Source: Octopus vulgaris (Eukaryota). Taken from it: a stretch of 64,000 nt of DNA. The notes under the pieces were generated by a model. The model had not been told where the DNA came from. It saw nothing but the letters and a program-made list of their open reading frames with translations, and searched no databases. The DNA is taken from the NCBI GenBank assembly GCA_951406725.2, contig OX597830.1:74896001-74960000 (forward strand). The letters are read 5' to 3'. Of the stretch, positions 1 through 12,994 are shown in pieces (the stretch's first letter is position 1; every line of letters begins with the position of its first letter). Both the position numbers and the translations under genes were made by a program.

Positions 1-789
1 TGCCCTCACACAATGCATATATACAATATACATTCATGTATACATAAACGGAATTTGTTACTTATAGACCTTCCCTACTTTGCTCCCTATCGATTTATCT
101 GTATCTACACTGCTACATATGTCTGCGTAAGTGTATGTTTGTGCAGGTTTCTATATATGTGTGCGTGCGTAAGGGGGATTATCTTAATAATATATAAGGT
201 CAACTCAACTAAACATTATTCAATACTATGAAATCCAAGCAATTTTTACTAAGAACAAAAGCATGAGGATTTTTCCCTTCAAGTATGATAAAACGATTGA
301 AGTATTTAGAAGGTATTATAAGAGTATATAAATCGCTCCCATTACTTAACTGTGAAGCTGTATTACCTATTGGTTCTGGAGCAAAAGACTTTATTTCACG
401 TTGCTCTGGTACACTCAGATGAACGGATTTGAGCAATGCTAACCGAGTAACCCCACCGCGGACTAGCGTCCTGTTCAAGGGGCAATTTTGTCATTTCAGT
501 CATTTATGCACCATGGGGACGAGTTATTGGACCTTACACAATCCCTAAACCGTAATGTTTAGGGATTGATTAGTATAATTATTTAACCTATACTTTATTC
601 TTTTTCAAATTTTGACTTCGACGAGATATTAATACTAAATGTATAGGATACATTAGTACTGTTTGTCTCAAAGTTCAAACATGTCTGCCAATCTGAATTA
701 TTGCCATAATGATGATTTCGTTCATAGAATCAAGGCAAGCGTTTTCACGGGAAGTCGCCTACTGTTTGAATTAAAAACAAGAATTTTAT

Positions 790-915
790 TCTATTGACAA
801 CGAAAGAAACAATGTCGACGTTGACTTCGACGGCATTTGATCTCAAAGTAAAATGCTTGAAAAAGTACCTGCAAGGCATATTATACTTCACAATACAATA
901 TCTGCTAATCAGCTG
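790..915 (-). mobile_element. Degenerate SINE family B fragment
   Basis: 'gtcgacgttgacttcgacggcatttgatctcaaagtaaa' resembles 'gtcgacctcggcggtatttgaactcagaacgtaaa' of the copy at 3664-3876. Confidence 0.5.
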
Positions 916-1082
916 GTGAATTCTGGTCGAAATGGAATTAACCTAACTCTTAAGAAGTTGTTAGGGTATTTACGGAATTTCGTTTCCTCCAAGAGGGTTG
1001 ATGTTTGTGATCAAGTTGTAAAGTAAATTACAAACGTTCGTAGCTTATCTTGGGATTGTATTATTGTGCATTATATATGAGT

Positions 1083-1258
1083 TGATGAGCTGGCGGAATG
1101 GTTAGTGCGTTGGACAAAAGGTTTAGTGGCATTACTTCTGGGTCTTTACATTCCGATTTGATAAAATAAAGTACCATCAAATAGTCAATTACTATGACCG
1201 ATCTAACAGACTTGTCCCTTCTCTCAAAACTGCTTGACTCGTGTCAAAACTAGAAAGC
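1083..1258 (+). mobile_element. Degenerate SINE family B copy
   Basis: Head 'gatgagctggcggaatggttag', core 'gataaaataaagtacca' and tail 'aaactagaaag' match the other family B copies. Confidence 0.7.
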
Positions 1259-1259
1259 A

Positions 1260-1303
<44 letters not shown>

Positions 1304-3079
1304 CAATCTAGATGGGATGGACTCTTGTTTTGAGACTATATGTTAGGGAATATTTCTCAGAGAGTTTTCTTTAGATGCAAAAATAATTTCAATATTTAGA
1401 GCTTGTAGAAAGAAAAAACATTCAATATAGCATCGGCACAGTCGGTTTAGTGACGAACAAAATGTTTAACGGCAAATCTTTCGAATTCAAACCTATTTGA
1501 GTCGAAACTATTGAGTAATCTCTGCAATAAAAATGTGTGTTCGGTTGTTTCTTAAGACACTATCCCATAATCTTCTTTGTTTTTCACAGGATCAATAAAA
1601 TCCTAAAGATATTTGGCTGCAACAAGTTTTTTATGGTCTACCATACACAGGAGTAACGGGGATTTCATTTAAGTACTTCATATATTTTCAGGTATCCTAT
1701 CACAAGAATAGCGTTATTCGTGTGTATATGTGTATAAAAAGTGTATACATGTGTATGAATATAAATGTAGCTAGATATTATATGTATTATATAACATACA
1801 TTAAAAGCCAATTTTGCATATACATGTATTAGAAATATATATATATATATACAAATGCACATTCGTATTCAGAAACACAGAGACACACACACTCACACAC
1901 ATATGTATATATATATATATATGTATGTGCGTGTGTGTGTGTGTGTGTGTACATGTATACTTGTATATGCATTATATGTATATTATGGACTATATACATA
2001 ATATATTCAAATAAATATCTCTCTGTCTCTATATGTGTGAATAGAGCAGTCCACGATATATGTGTGTATAAAGGTATATAAATATTTGCGTCTGTTTGCG
2101 CATGTATATTGTGCTTATGCAAATTTGGAAAGCTGTATTAGTGATATAAAACTTTATAACTAGATATTAAGTAAGAAACTAAATGCTTTAACCTCAAAGT
2201 TATATATTTCACTGAAAATTAAAACTTATCTTTCCGATATTGCGTCAAGTGTCTTTAATAACATCTCTTTCTTTATATTTATTCTTAAATTTTATTTTGT
2301 TTTCTTTCATTATATTATTAAATCAGAAAAGAACAAAGGCACGTTGATGTGTGTTTGCATCTTTATTTCATTCGAACACCACAAAATGTAAACTATATAA
2401 CCACATAACGTTTTTAGATCATGATAGTGACAAATATCACAAGAGCAAATATAACATTTTTTTTTTTAATTATCGTCATGCACATTTATGGGCAGATCGG
2501 TACATTGATTTTTTTTCCTCCTGTGTCAGTATACATAAGTGTATGTGTGTGTGAATGTATGGTTGTGCTTTTTTTTTTTACTATGATAAAAGATATTACG
2601 AGACTAATTTATAGGTTGAAAAAAATTTGTTGCAGTTTTCATATTTGACTGTGAGTATTAGTGTTCTTATATTCTGACAAATAAAAAAAGAAAAAGAAAA
2701 AGAAAGAAACAGGAAAAAAGATTTGAAAGATTAGAAATATTTAAATCTGATGACGTGAAAACTGATTTAAAGTTTAATTTAATTTTTCTTTAAGACGCCA
2801 AGACACATGTACACCCACATATACATTTATATTTATATAGGTATGAATTTATACACACTCACACACAGACAGCACACAGAGAACACACCCGTATACATAT
2901 GCTAGTGTTTTTAGCGACAGTTTGACTCAGCGCTACATGACTCAAAGTTTCGTGGACGTGTAGTACACGAACAAAGCACATCAGAAATCGCGTATGAGGT
3001 TGAGTCAAACTTCTATTGAAAAGAAATATGCGTAATTCCTACCAGATGCGTTAAGTGCCAGTTTCTTTCGCTTGTCCCC

Positions 3080-3115
<36 letters not shown>

Positions 3116-3326
3116 TTTAAGACAGCTTAATTCCGCTCCATGTGACTTAGGATTTCGCAGGTCCCTAACAGAAAGCAGTGTCCTTCTATCTTAAGATTGC
3201 CGGTAAAGTAAAACCTGTCTGCAAAATATTATGTCGCATGGAACCGAATGAAACAGCACTAAATAATACATTTAACACCTACTAAATGTATTGAATACCT
3301 TTCCTTTCGTTTGTCCACTCACTCGT

Positions 3327-3375
<49 letters not shown>

Positions 3376-3663
3376 TACATGGCATATTGGACAAAGGCTG
3401 GGCTGAAGGTTATAAAGATTTGGACACATTTCCTTCATTAGCCGTATTATCCTATTTTATTCAGCTGAAAATAAGTGACAACCTACCACCGTTGCAGCCC
3501 TTTCGCTCTGTAGCTGTCATATTTAGGATTGGGCCACAGGCAGGAGAGCCCAGAGAATATCTACGTCTGCTCGCGTCTACATAGCTATATAGCGTAAACA
3601 TTGTAATCTGAATGAGTAAAGTTTTCCATGTCACCTTCCTGAAGAGGCTACCAAAGCAATATT

Positions 3664-3876
3664 CTTTTCTACTGTAGGCACAAGGCTCGAAATTTTGGGG
3701 GAGGGCACCAGTCGATTAGATCGACCCCAGTACCAACTGGTACTTAAGTTATCGAGCCCGAAAGAATGAAAGGCAAAGTCGACCTCGGCGGTATTTGAAC
3801 TCAGAACGTAAAGACATACGAAATACATCTAAGCATTTCGCCCGGCGAGCTAACGTTTCTGCCAGCTGACTGCCTT
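3664..3876 (-). mobile_element. tRNA-derived SINE family B (Nin-domain-like core) with 17-bp TSD
   Basis: Minus strand reads agctggcagaaacgttagc...gagttcaaat (A/B-box-like) then gtcgactttgcctttcattc...gataacttaagtaccag. Flanked by the exact direct repeat gctaccaaagcaatatt at 3647-3663 and 3877-3893. Confidence 0.92.
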
Positions 3877-3897
3877 GCTACCAAAGCAATATTGTTT

Positions 3898-3932
3898 ATG
3901 GGAGGCGCGTAGTTCGAATCCCACAGGTGTCA
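3898..3932 (+). pseudogene. tRNA 3'-half remnant (Leu-like) or SINE head fragment
   Basis: 'ggaggcgcgtagttcgaatcccacaggtgtca' has the T-loop/B-box GTTCGAATCCC and resembles the tRNA-Leu 3' half. No 5' half is visible. Confidence 0.35.
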
Positions 3933-4426
3933 CTACGAATTACATTTTCCCTCTAACACAAGCTCACTTCCTCTCCCTCGCTTTCACTGACTTTCTCCCT
4001 TTCCCTTTCCCTATTTCCCCTCGTCAATGAGCGTGAATGTGAGTGTTTGTGATGTGTGTGTGTATGTATGTGATTGTGTATGTGTGTGTGTAATATCTAC
4101 GTGAATAACTTGTGAGTCAACCTTTTAAGAAAGGGAGGGTGGTTGGTTAATCAAGGGACGCTACGTAGACTTACAACAGCAAGACTATTTTCTTTACCGT
4201 CTTCAAGTCAGTGTTTGAAAAACTTCATTTGATTCCATGTGTTTTTATAAACTATCAGCAAATTTCTTTTTACACTTTGTGTATATATCCTATAAATTAT
4301 TATTTTTCTCGCTAATCTTATACAACCAGATATTTTTGAAAATTTCATAAGAACTCAAGGATAAATTATTTATTGTTTCGTTTTCAAACTTTAGGAACTA
4401 ATATATCTTTCTGGAAAATACCGAAA

Positions 4427-4464
4427 TTCTTCTTCTTCTTCTTCTTCTTCTTCTTCTTCTTCTT

Positions 4465-4553
<89 letters not shown>
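4427..4553. repeat. Compound microsatellite (TTC)n(TTA)n
   Basis: Directly visible. Confidence 0.98.
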
Positions 4554-4554
<1 letters not shown>

Positions 4555-4801
4555 GTCTTTTCTTGCTCTCATTGCTATTATTGTGGTGTGCCACTACACA
4601 CTGCTGGAGATATTTCGTTTGTCAGACCTACTTGGTAGACAATCTAATATCTACTTGAAATATAATCTCAACTTAAATCCTCCACACCAGGCATGCAAAA
4701 ACACACCTACTTCACACTTACGCACACACATCTGTATGTCTGTGTACACTTATAAATGTATATTCATAATTATGTACAGATAGACCGCGAGATAGATCGC
4801 T

Positions 4802-4856
<55 letters not shown>

Positions 4857-5974
4857 TAAGTAATACGGCTCATGACTTCGAAGATTCAGGACATCTAATG
4901 ACAGCTACTCAACCGAAACTTCAAATCACAGTTAACGATTTTCCTTATAAATATTAAAGGAGACGTTACTCTTCTATAATCGTTGTTCAGATATTCAGTT
5001 TAATGATCAAATTTCTTTTTTTATATACGTAGAACTTTATATAAAACAAGAATCTCTATGTGTTTGCGTGTGCCTATTTGTGCGCATTATATATATCTTT
5101 TTTATGTATGTATGTATGTGTTCATACACATTGGTATTTATATACATATATCAATCGATAAAATCGCAAAATGGCGGTTCTCGATATTGACAAAAAATTT
5201 AAACATGGGAAAGTTTCTAAAACAAAATGAGAGAATATTACGCTTCGGAAACGTATCATTTTTCAGAATAATTCCGTGGCCAAAGATTAAAACATGGAAG
5301 CGTTCTTAAGAATATGAGTAGTATGATTTACGCAGAAGTGAAACAACATTACGCTTCAGACACATAGCATTCTTCAGAATGACAGTATATAGAGAAGTGC
5401 TCTCATTTATTCACAAACTGCTACACATTTTCTTCATTTATTTTTTTCTTAAACAACGCATGTTGCTTACATTCCAAACTGAGTATATAAATATATTACT
5501 ATTACGTGAAAGATATGACTATGGCTCAATAATATAAACTCTTTTATGCATTCAAATATACACACATGTGTATTTGAGCTCACAGTGTCAGAAGTATAAT
5601 TGTAAACATGATATTGTTATTTTAACGCGAAATTGAAATTAAATATGTTCTCTATAGGAAATCTCAGAAAATTTTCTTGTATGGATTCGCATTGTAATTT
5701 TTTGAATGTGCACCTTTCTCACTAGTATTAAATTGTGTATTAGCCCAAGGCGGAAGGATATGTAAATTGTTTGAGCACCGGATGAAATGCTTTGCTGTAT
5801 TCTATATTTCTTAAAGGATGTAAACATACTTACAAAAGCACTTGTGTGTGTGTCTGTGTGTGTTTGAAGATGTATATGATTTCAAATTATACACACACAC
5901 ATATATATATATATATATACAAGCGGGAAAGAAATATAGATTGAGTGTGATAGACTGATTGAGAAAGAATGACA

Positions 5975-5981
5975 GACAATC

Positions 5982-6013
<32 letters not shown>

Positions 6014-6014
6014 G

Positions 6015-6049
<35 letters not shown>

Positions 6050-6078
6050 GGATGGATGGATTGATAGATAGATAGATA
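5975..6078. repeat. (AGAT)n/(GGAT)n microsatellite
   Basis: Directly visible. Confidence 0.97.
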
Positions 6079-7543
6079 ATCGTTTACGTAATCTCCATTT
6101 TTACGTGCTCTGGATGTTATTCAAGTGTACTCATCGCCGAGAAAGAAACTTCGAAGTCAGCCAAGCTTATCGTTCAGGGTAGCCTGTTGTCTAGAATATA
6201 TCAGCGTCAATACCGTTTGCTATTTAATAAACTTTAAGACAACTAAGAATTTGATCAATATTCATTTGGGTATACCTTCTCCGATAAGAAAAATAAATCA
6301 TGGAACAGACTTGGTCATTAACTCGCTTATATAATTTGGGATAAACCACTTAATGCTTTGAAGATATTTATGTGATTTCTTGTGAAATTATTCATGGCTT
6401 CATTGTTCAGATGACTCGAGATTGCCAAACAATTTCCTAACAAAAGGTCCGAGCTGTGTGGAATGTGTTAGCATTTTTTTTCGTTTTCGTGATTTCAGGA
6501 CGACAATTTCAGCAACCTCGGCCAGGATATAACTCCTCATTGAAATGTAGGCGAGTGTGTCCCATGCCATCTTTTTACCCAGTAGGAAACTTTCTGAGAC
6601 AGGTGTGACTCACTAGTTTCAAAATAATTCTTATATAGAATTCGCTGCTTCAAGTAACCTCTTTCCCGAAATCCAGAGCTATCCGTGATGGCGGCGGTGG
6701 CGGTGGTGATGGGGATAATTTTGGATGTTTGCACCAACAAATTTTATTTCATGTGGAGCTTAAGTTCATTTCTTTTTAAATGCTTACAATGACAAATAAA
6801 TGTGTTGAGTACTATTTTTTTTTTTTCATTTGTTCATCTACTCGTGTATACATACACACAACTACACTGATATAGCTCCTCAATTCTAAAACATATATCC
6901 GTCTACCACTTTCATTTCATTCAAATCCTTATTCACCTTGACCTATTAATATTTTTTATAAAAATCCCATTGTGTTCACTTCACGTGATAACTCACTTAT
7001 TCCATCAATTATATAAATATAAATATAAATATATTTTTTATTATTCTAAGCAATATCATAATAACTTTCAACGTAAAGTAAATGACGAGAATCTTTTCAT
7101 TACAGATCCATTAATTCTGGAAGAAATTGGTAAGTGGACCTTCTTAGTGGAAACACTTTACATCCCTTCTCCGCCAAATAACATCTCTATTCACCTCTGC
7201 TTTCTACTAATATTTTATACAGTATTTCCTCTCCTTCTCTTCATAATTCATAATCCAATAGCACTATATACTAACATATGTTTCTGAGATGCTGATATCT
7301 TTTTACAATATAATTAGTCACTAATACTATATTTATATATAAATATCGATCACATTGTAAATCTAAGCTTTTGTGTGAGTGTGGGTGTGTATACATGTAA
7401 CTTTCACTTTTCTTTTCTAATATTTATTTCCAGTTTGTTTTTGTTTTTTATTTAACACTTTTTTCTTTTTCTTTTTGAATAGCGTGTTATTTCTTTGGGT
7501 TCAAGCACGACTTTATACATATATTTCTATCACTTTCTTCCAT

Positions 7544-7588
<45 letters not shown>

Positions 7589-7598
7589 CTCTCTTTCC

Positions 7599-7640
<42 letters not shown>

Positions 7641-7826
7641 CAGGATATTTTATTCCTATTTATTTTATTCAATGGCATTGGTAATCTTAGTACACACACA
7701 CACACACACACGCACACACACATACACACACGCACAGACACACACACACACACATCTATATAGATATAAATATAAAATAACGAGGGCGGCTATATGCAAT
7801 GTAAATATATATATATATGTATATAT

Positions 7827-7987
7827 ACGACGGGCTTCCTTCAGTTTCCGTTTACCAAATCCACTCATAAGGCTTTGGTCGGCCCGAGGCTATAGTGGAA
7901 GACACCTGCCCAAGGTGCCACGCAGTGGGACTGTACCAGGAACCATGTGGTTGTTAAGCAAGCTACTTACCACACAGCCACGCCAGC

Positions 7988-7988
<1 letters not shown>
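7827..7988 (-). mobile_element. SINE family A, 5' half, between (TA)n tracts
   Basis: Near-identical to 49247-49411 (ggctttggtcggcccgaggctatagt...cccaaggtgccacgcagtgggactg). Confidence 0.92.
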
Positions 7989-8021
<33 letters not shown>

Positions 8022-9028
8022 GCATATGTGTGTGTATGTATACGTACAGGCAAAAAGAAAAACATACTCAGGAACACTCACTCAAGCAACATACATACAT
8101 ACACATACATATTTCTGTAATATTTGCATTACAAATTTCAACTGCTTTCAACTCTACCACAAAACAGTGTATAATGTGTTAATGCAATGTCACATTACAC
8201 ACACACGCTCACACACTCACGCACTGACAAACACAGGAATACGCACGCGTACACACATGTCGGTATATATACATATACATGTCTATGTACATATCTGCGT
8301 ATATATATATAGATTAATATACATGAGTGTACAAAGACACACTCTCACACACACACATATATATGTGCAACTTAAGAAAGTGTAATGGCATACTAGATAA
8401 AATATTAAGGCACGCATAAGACTTATATGATTTTGCATATGTTATTATGTATATGTGTATGGGCGGGCGCTTGTACATGCGTGCGTGTGTGTGTGTGTGT
8501 GTGTATGTATGTGTGTATATGTGTGTGTCTCAGTGACAATAAATCAATGTAAATACATTTCCAACACTCGCAAATTTTAGACATCTAAAATGTGAATTTG
8601 ATGCCCAAGATCAATTTTCTTTTTAATGTGCATCCATTTGTGGAGAATAGCGACCTTGGATTTTTATATCACAATTGGGTGCTTTGAGGCTAATCATTGA
8701 ATTACATTGCATGGCACTAACTATTGTTATTTCATTATTATTATTATAACATTACACGTTATGTGTTGTCATTTTTGCCTCATACTTGATGCCAGTCATA
8801 AGAATCTTAGAATTTAAACACAATTATTGCTACATCTTTATTGTTCATTGCAATCCATATAATTTCATACACGGAAAAGATGGAAGATGCGCAAATTGAA
8901 AAGTTAACGGACGATTGTAAATTTGTATCCTGTCCATCAACTTTCCTTATATATGGGCGGATCCAGATCCTTAATTCTAACAGAATGTGATGAAAACTGG
9001 GATGCTATGTGCTAGTAATATCTTAGCC

Positions 9029-9230
9029 ATGGCTGATTCGTTAGAATACCGGTCAAAATGCTTACGGCATTTTATCCGTCCTTACGTTCTGAGTTCAAAT
9101 TCCACTAAGGTCGACTTTATATTTCATACTTTTGGTATCGATAAAATAGGTACCAGCTGAACACTGGAGTCGATGTAATGGACGCATTCCTTCGCTTGAT
9201 CTCACTGGATTTGTGGCAAAATATGAATTC
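9029..9230 (+). mobile_element. SINE family B copy
   Basis: ttacgttctgagttcaaattcc...gtcgacttt...tcgataaaataggtaccag...gtcgatgtaat. Confidence 0.85.
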
Positions 9231-9385
9231 AATGCCTTAGATATGTTATTTTTTTCTGAGAATGAGGACAATGGGATGTATTCATAATGTCGGTTTGGAG
9301 ATATCAGCAGCCAATATTGTAGCCGTTAGGTTGCCACACTGATTGTTTGCTTACAGTGATGAAAAATTGTCCACGCTAATATACA

Positions 9386-9722
<337 letters not shown>

Positions 9723-10409
9723 AACGTTATCGATCACAGAAACTTTATGCATGCTATCCATGTGTCTTTGCCGGTAGGCTGCGTGGTATTGTGGTGGAGA
9801 TTACTCCCTCGAAGCGCAACAGCCTTATCTCAGCGTACCGGCGAACACTCCTGGGATGTGCGTGAAGTATGTCTGGTCAAAAATGTTTATTACACTAGCG
9901 CTGCTTCTGTTACATGTATATACACACACACATAGATACATACATACATACATACATACATACATACATACATACATACACAGTTAGATATATTCATATA
10001 TAAGGTAATTATATAGTCCGCTGAAAACTCTAGACTTCAACTTCCTTCTGACGTGTTCTTCCTTTGCCCATAAACATGGCCGACACCCCGACCATGCAAC
10101 AAATTGTAATAGATCGCCTGTAAAACATTTTTTAATGAATCATTGCCCTACAATGCTAAGCACAAACTTTTCAGTGTGTAGATTATGAAAATAGAGTGTC
10201 TTTTACCAGAATAAAGTCGAAAATGTTTGGGCATATGAAGTATTCAATAGATATTCCCATAACTCCCTCTCACACAACCAGTACTAAAGAACTTAAAAAT
10301 GAAAGAGTAATTAGGATATGCATTTATCTACGCTTTTATCTGTCTTCTTTCTGTTTTCCGTCCGAAGATTTCAGAACCGTCATTATAATACAATGGACAT
10401 TTCATTCTA

Positions 10410-10445
10410 TGTCTGTCTGTCTATCAATCAATCAATCTCTCTCTC

Positions 10446-10511
<66 letters not shown>

Positions 10512-10553
10512 AGTCTATGTATCTATTTATCTATCTATCCATCCATCTATCCA

Positions 10554-10607
<54 letters not shown>

Positions 10608-10740
10608 TGTCTGTCTATCTGTCTACCAATATCCTTCCCACTATCTCTCTCTCTCTCTCTCTCTCTCCCTTTCTCACATACATACACACATGCACACACA
10701 AATACATGCATATATACATAAATATATATGAGTATATATA
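10410..10740. repeat. Compound microsatellite (CT)n(ATCT)n(AT)n
   Basis: Directly visible. Confidence 0.97.
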
Positions 10741-12729
10741 AAACACAAGCACCGCGTCATTCGGTAGTTATAAAATTGTTTTCTGCATGGCCCAGTAACC
10801 CATGCAGAATGAAGCCGCATAAGAGAGAAAAACGATATATCGTTGATAACAAGATATTATTTATTTATGTATTTGTTACAGTTATGTAAATTTTGTTCTT
10901 TTATTTTATTAATAATTTTTGTTCACCTTCTTGGTAAGTGATGGGTAATTTTGTTTTATTGCTTCATATCAATACTTGTTGCATGTACATGTGTTTATAT
11001 ATGCATACATACAGAAATGAAACTATAGAAATCAATACATGAATGACGATGTGATATACATACCCACAGACTTTCACGAAAACATATATATTTAGATAGA
11101 TTTAGACAGATATATATATATATATGGGCTTGGTAAAACAACGAGTGAGATATACAAGTGGAGGAACAAAGCGACGCTTCACTAGCCATCCGTGATATAT
11201 ATATATATATATATATGTTCAGGTATACATACATGTATGGAAGACTACATATATTTATAACGGTTGGAGTGAGACCACTGGGCATGGCCGCTTCGTCACG
11301 AACGATTTGCCGAGGCTGAGTGGACATTTAACCTGTTTTCGTGACAGTACTTTTTTATACTGGAAATAAACACATACAGGTATAGACACACACACTCAAA
11401 CCACACATGCGCACACACACATACACACAAACACGTACGCATGTGTGCTAAGGAATATCTATACAGGTAGACAGTGTGTGAGAGGAGAGACACTAGGCGT
11501 ACATGCAAACATAACTCGTCGCTCATGCATATAAACACAGAGAGAAAGGTAGGGGGAGACAGAGAGAGAAGGAGAGAAACATTAAAACTATTCGCGATAG
11601 TAAGTCAACGCATCGGGTTGGCCGCGCCTTAACAGCTGTTCCAGAACGTCTAATCCCTCACAAAGATGGCTTCGTCTAGCAAAGTCATGGTCGTCAGGTT
11701 ATCATGGAATAAGATAATGTGACAAAGTATGTCTACATTATTGGATGACAGTGACGTATCCCACACTCAAATAACCACAATCACCGCGAATAATAAAATA
11801 CTGGAATAAAACAACCATGCAGAGAATATTAGAGCAATATCATATCTACGATGTTCGCAAGCTATGTAAAAATACAGCTGAATGAATCAGTAAAATTATA
11901 CAGATACACTGATAATGCAATGGCTGCAGCTGCTAATTCTGTTGCTGTTGCTATTGGTATATCTATTATGACCCTGACAGGCCTTGCTCAAGTAGTAATA
12001 TCAAATTCCTTGGGCATAGTGTACCTCGGAATACATTCTAAAACAAGTCGTATTTAAAGAATTCAACGCATGATTCGGAAAGAAATATAATACTCATTGC
12101 AAGAGGTCTAATGAACCTCTCTTTGCTGTTGTTGCGGCTTGACTTCAGATTGTCTAAGGTTTACCAAGGAGTACGCTCGCCAATATATAATTGCAGTAAG
12201 ATCTTATATGATGGACAATAGGTCCCCTACTTCTTCAGTCACCTCGGTCTATAATTCAGAACATTGTTTCTTATGCAAAATATAGATTAACCAGTAGTGT
12301 ATACATGTGTGTATGCACACACACACAAACAAACACACTCACACATCACCAACAGCACCACCACCTGCATAAAAACAAAGAAATAGGTCACAATATCATT
12401 AAAATAGAGAAATATATTTAAGGTAGTAAACTACCACAGAATACTCACCTTCAGTACTCGAAGTTTCCGGGCAAACCACGAGTATAATTTTGATCGATTT
12501 CGAATTGGAAATCGGACGGCTTCAGCCCAATGGCTTCCAAGCAAACTCCGAGTATTCTGTGAGTGCGTCCCATGTTTGTATATTATATATGTATATGTAT
12601 ATGTACGTATATGTATGTGTTTACATATATGTGTATGAGTAAGCGTGTGTATATGTGTGTCAGTGTATATAAATATATATATATATATATAATGTATATA
12701 AACATATATATATACATAAGATACATATA

Positions 12730-12994
12730 TAGGGTAGCGAATATTCGTGAGAAATATCACTACCAGTGGCCTAGCATGTATAAATAGTCAATAGACAACA
12801 TATTCATATTTTAAAATAGTGTACATTTAAACACAAAAGAAAACTACCCTTTAACAACTAATTTTTACATGCTTGCTATTAAATCGTTGTTTTGGCCGTG
12901 TTGGCTGCTATTTCTAGCATATAAAAATTACCTATTAATGGGTTGGGTAGTTTTCTTTTGTGTTTAAATGTACACTATTTTAAAATATGAATAT
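12730..12994 (-). mobile_element. Fold-back element (family C) with a perfect 50-bp inverted repeat; probable Penelope-like terminal-repeat derivative
   Basis: 12800-12849 is the exact reverse complement of 12945-12994. The minus-strand motif atgctaggccactggt (12762-12777) is shared with 62472-62487. Bounded by TA-rich microsatellite. Confidence 0.7.

Noticed and set aside
209-478. 89-aa minus-strand ORF with ordinary composition
   Set aside because: No recognisable domain, non-ATG start, and its start overlaps a SINE-like motif (ggactagcgtcctgttcaagggg).
2744-2770. ctgatga-cgt-gaaa hammerhead-like core
   Set aside because: Only 3 nt separate the boxes, so stem II cannot form.
8406-8420. 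taaggcacgc, the start of miR-124
   Set aside because: Only 10 nt match and there is no precursor hairpin.
10783-10811. 10-bp hairpin ttctgcatgg...ccatgcagaa
   Set aside because: Too short to separate from chance in 64 kb and has no supporting context.
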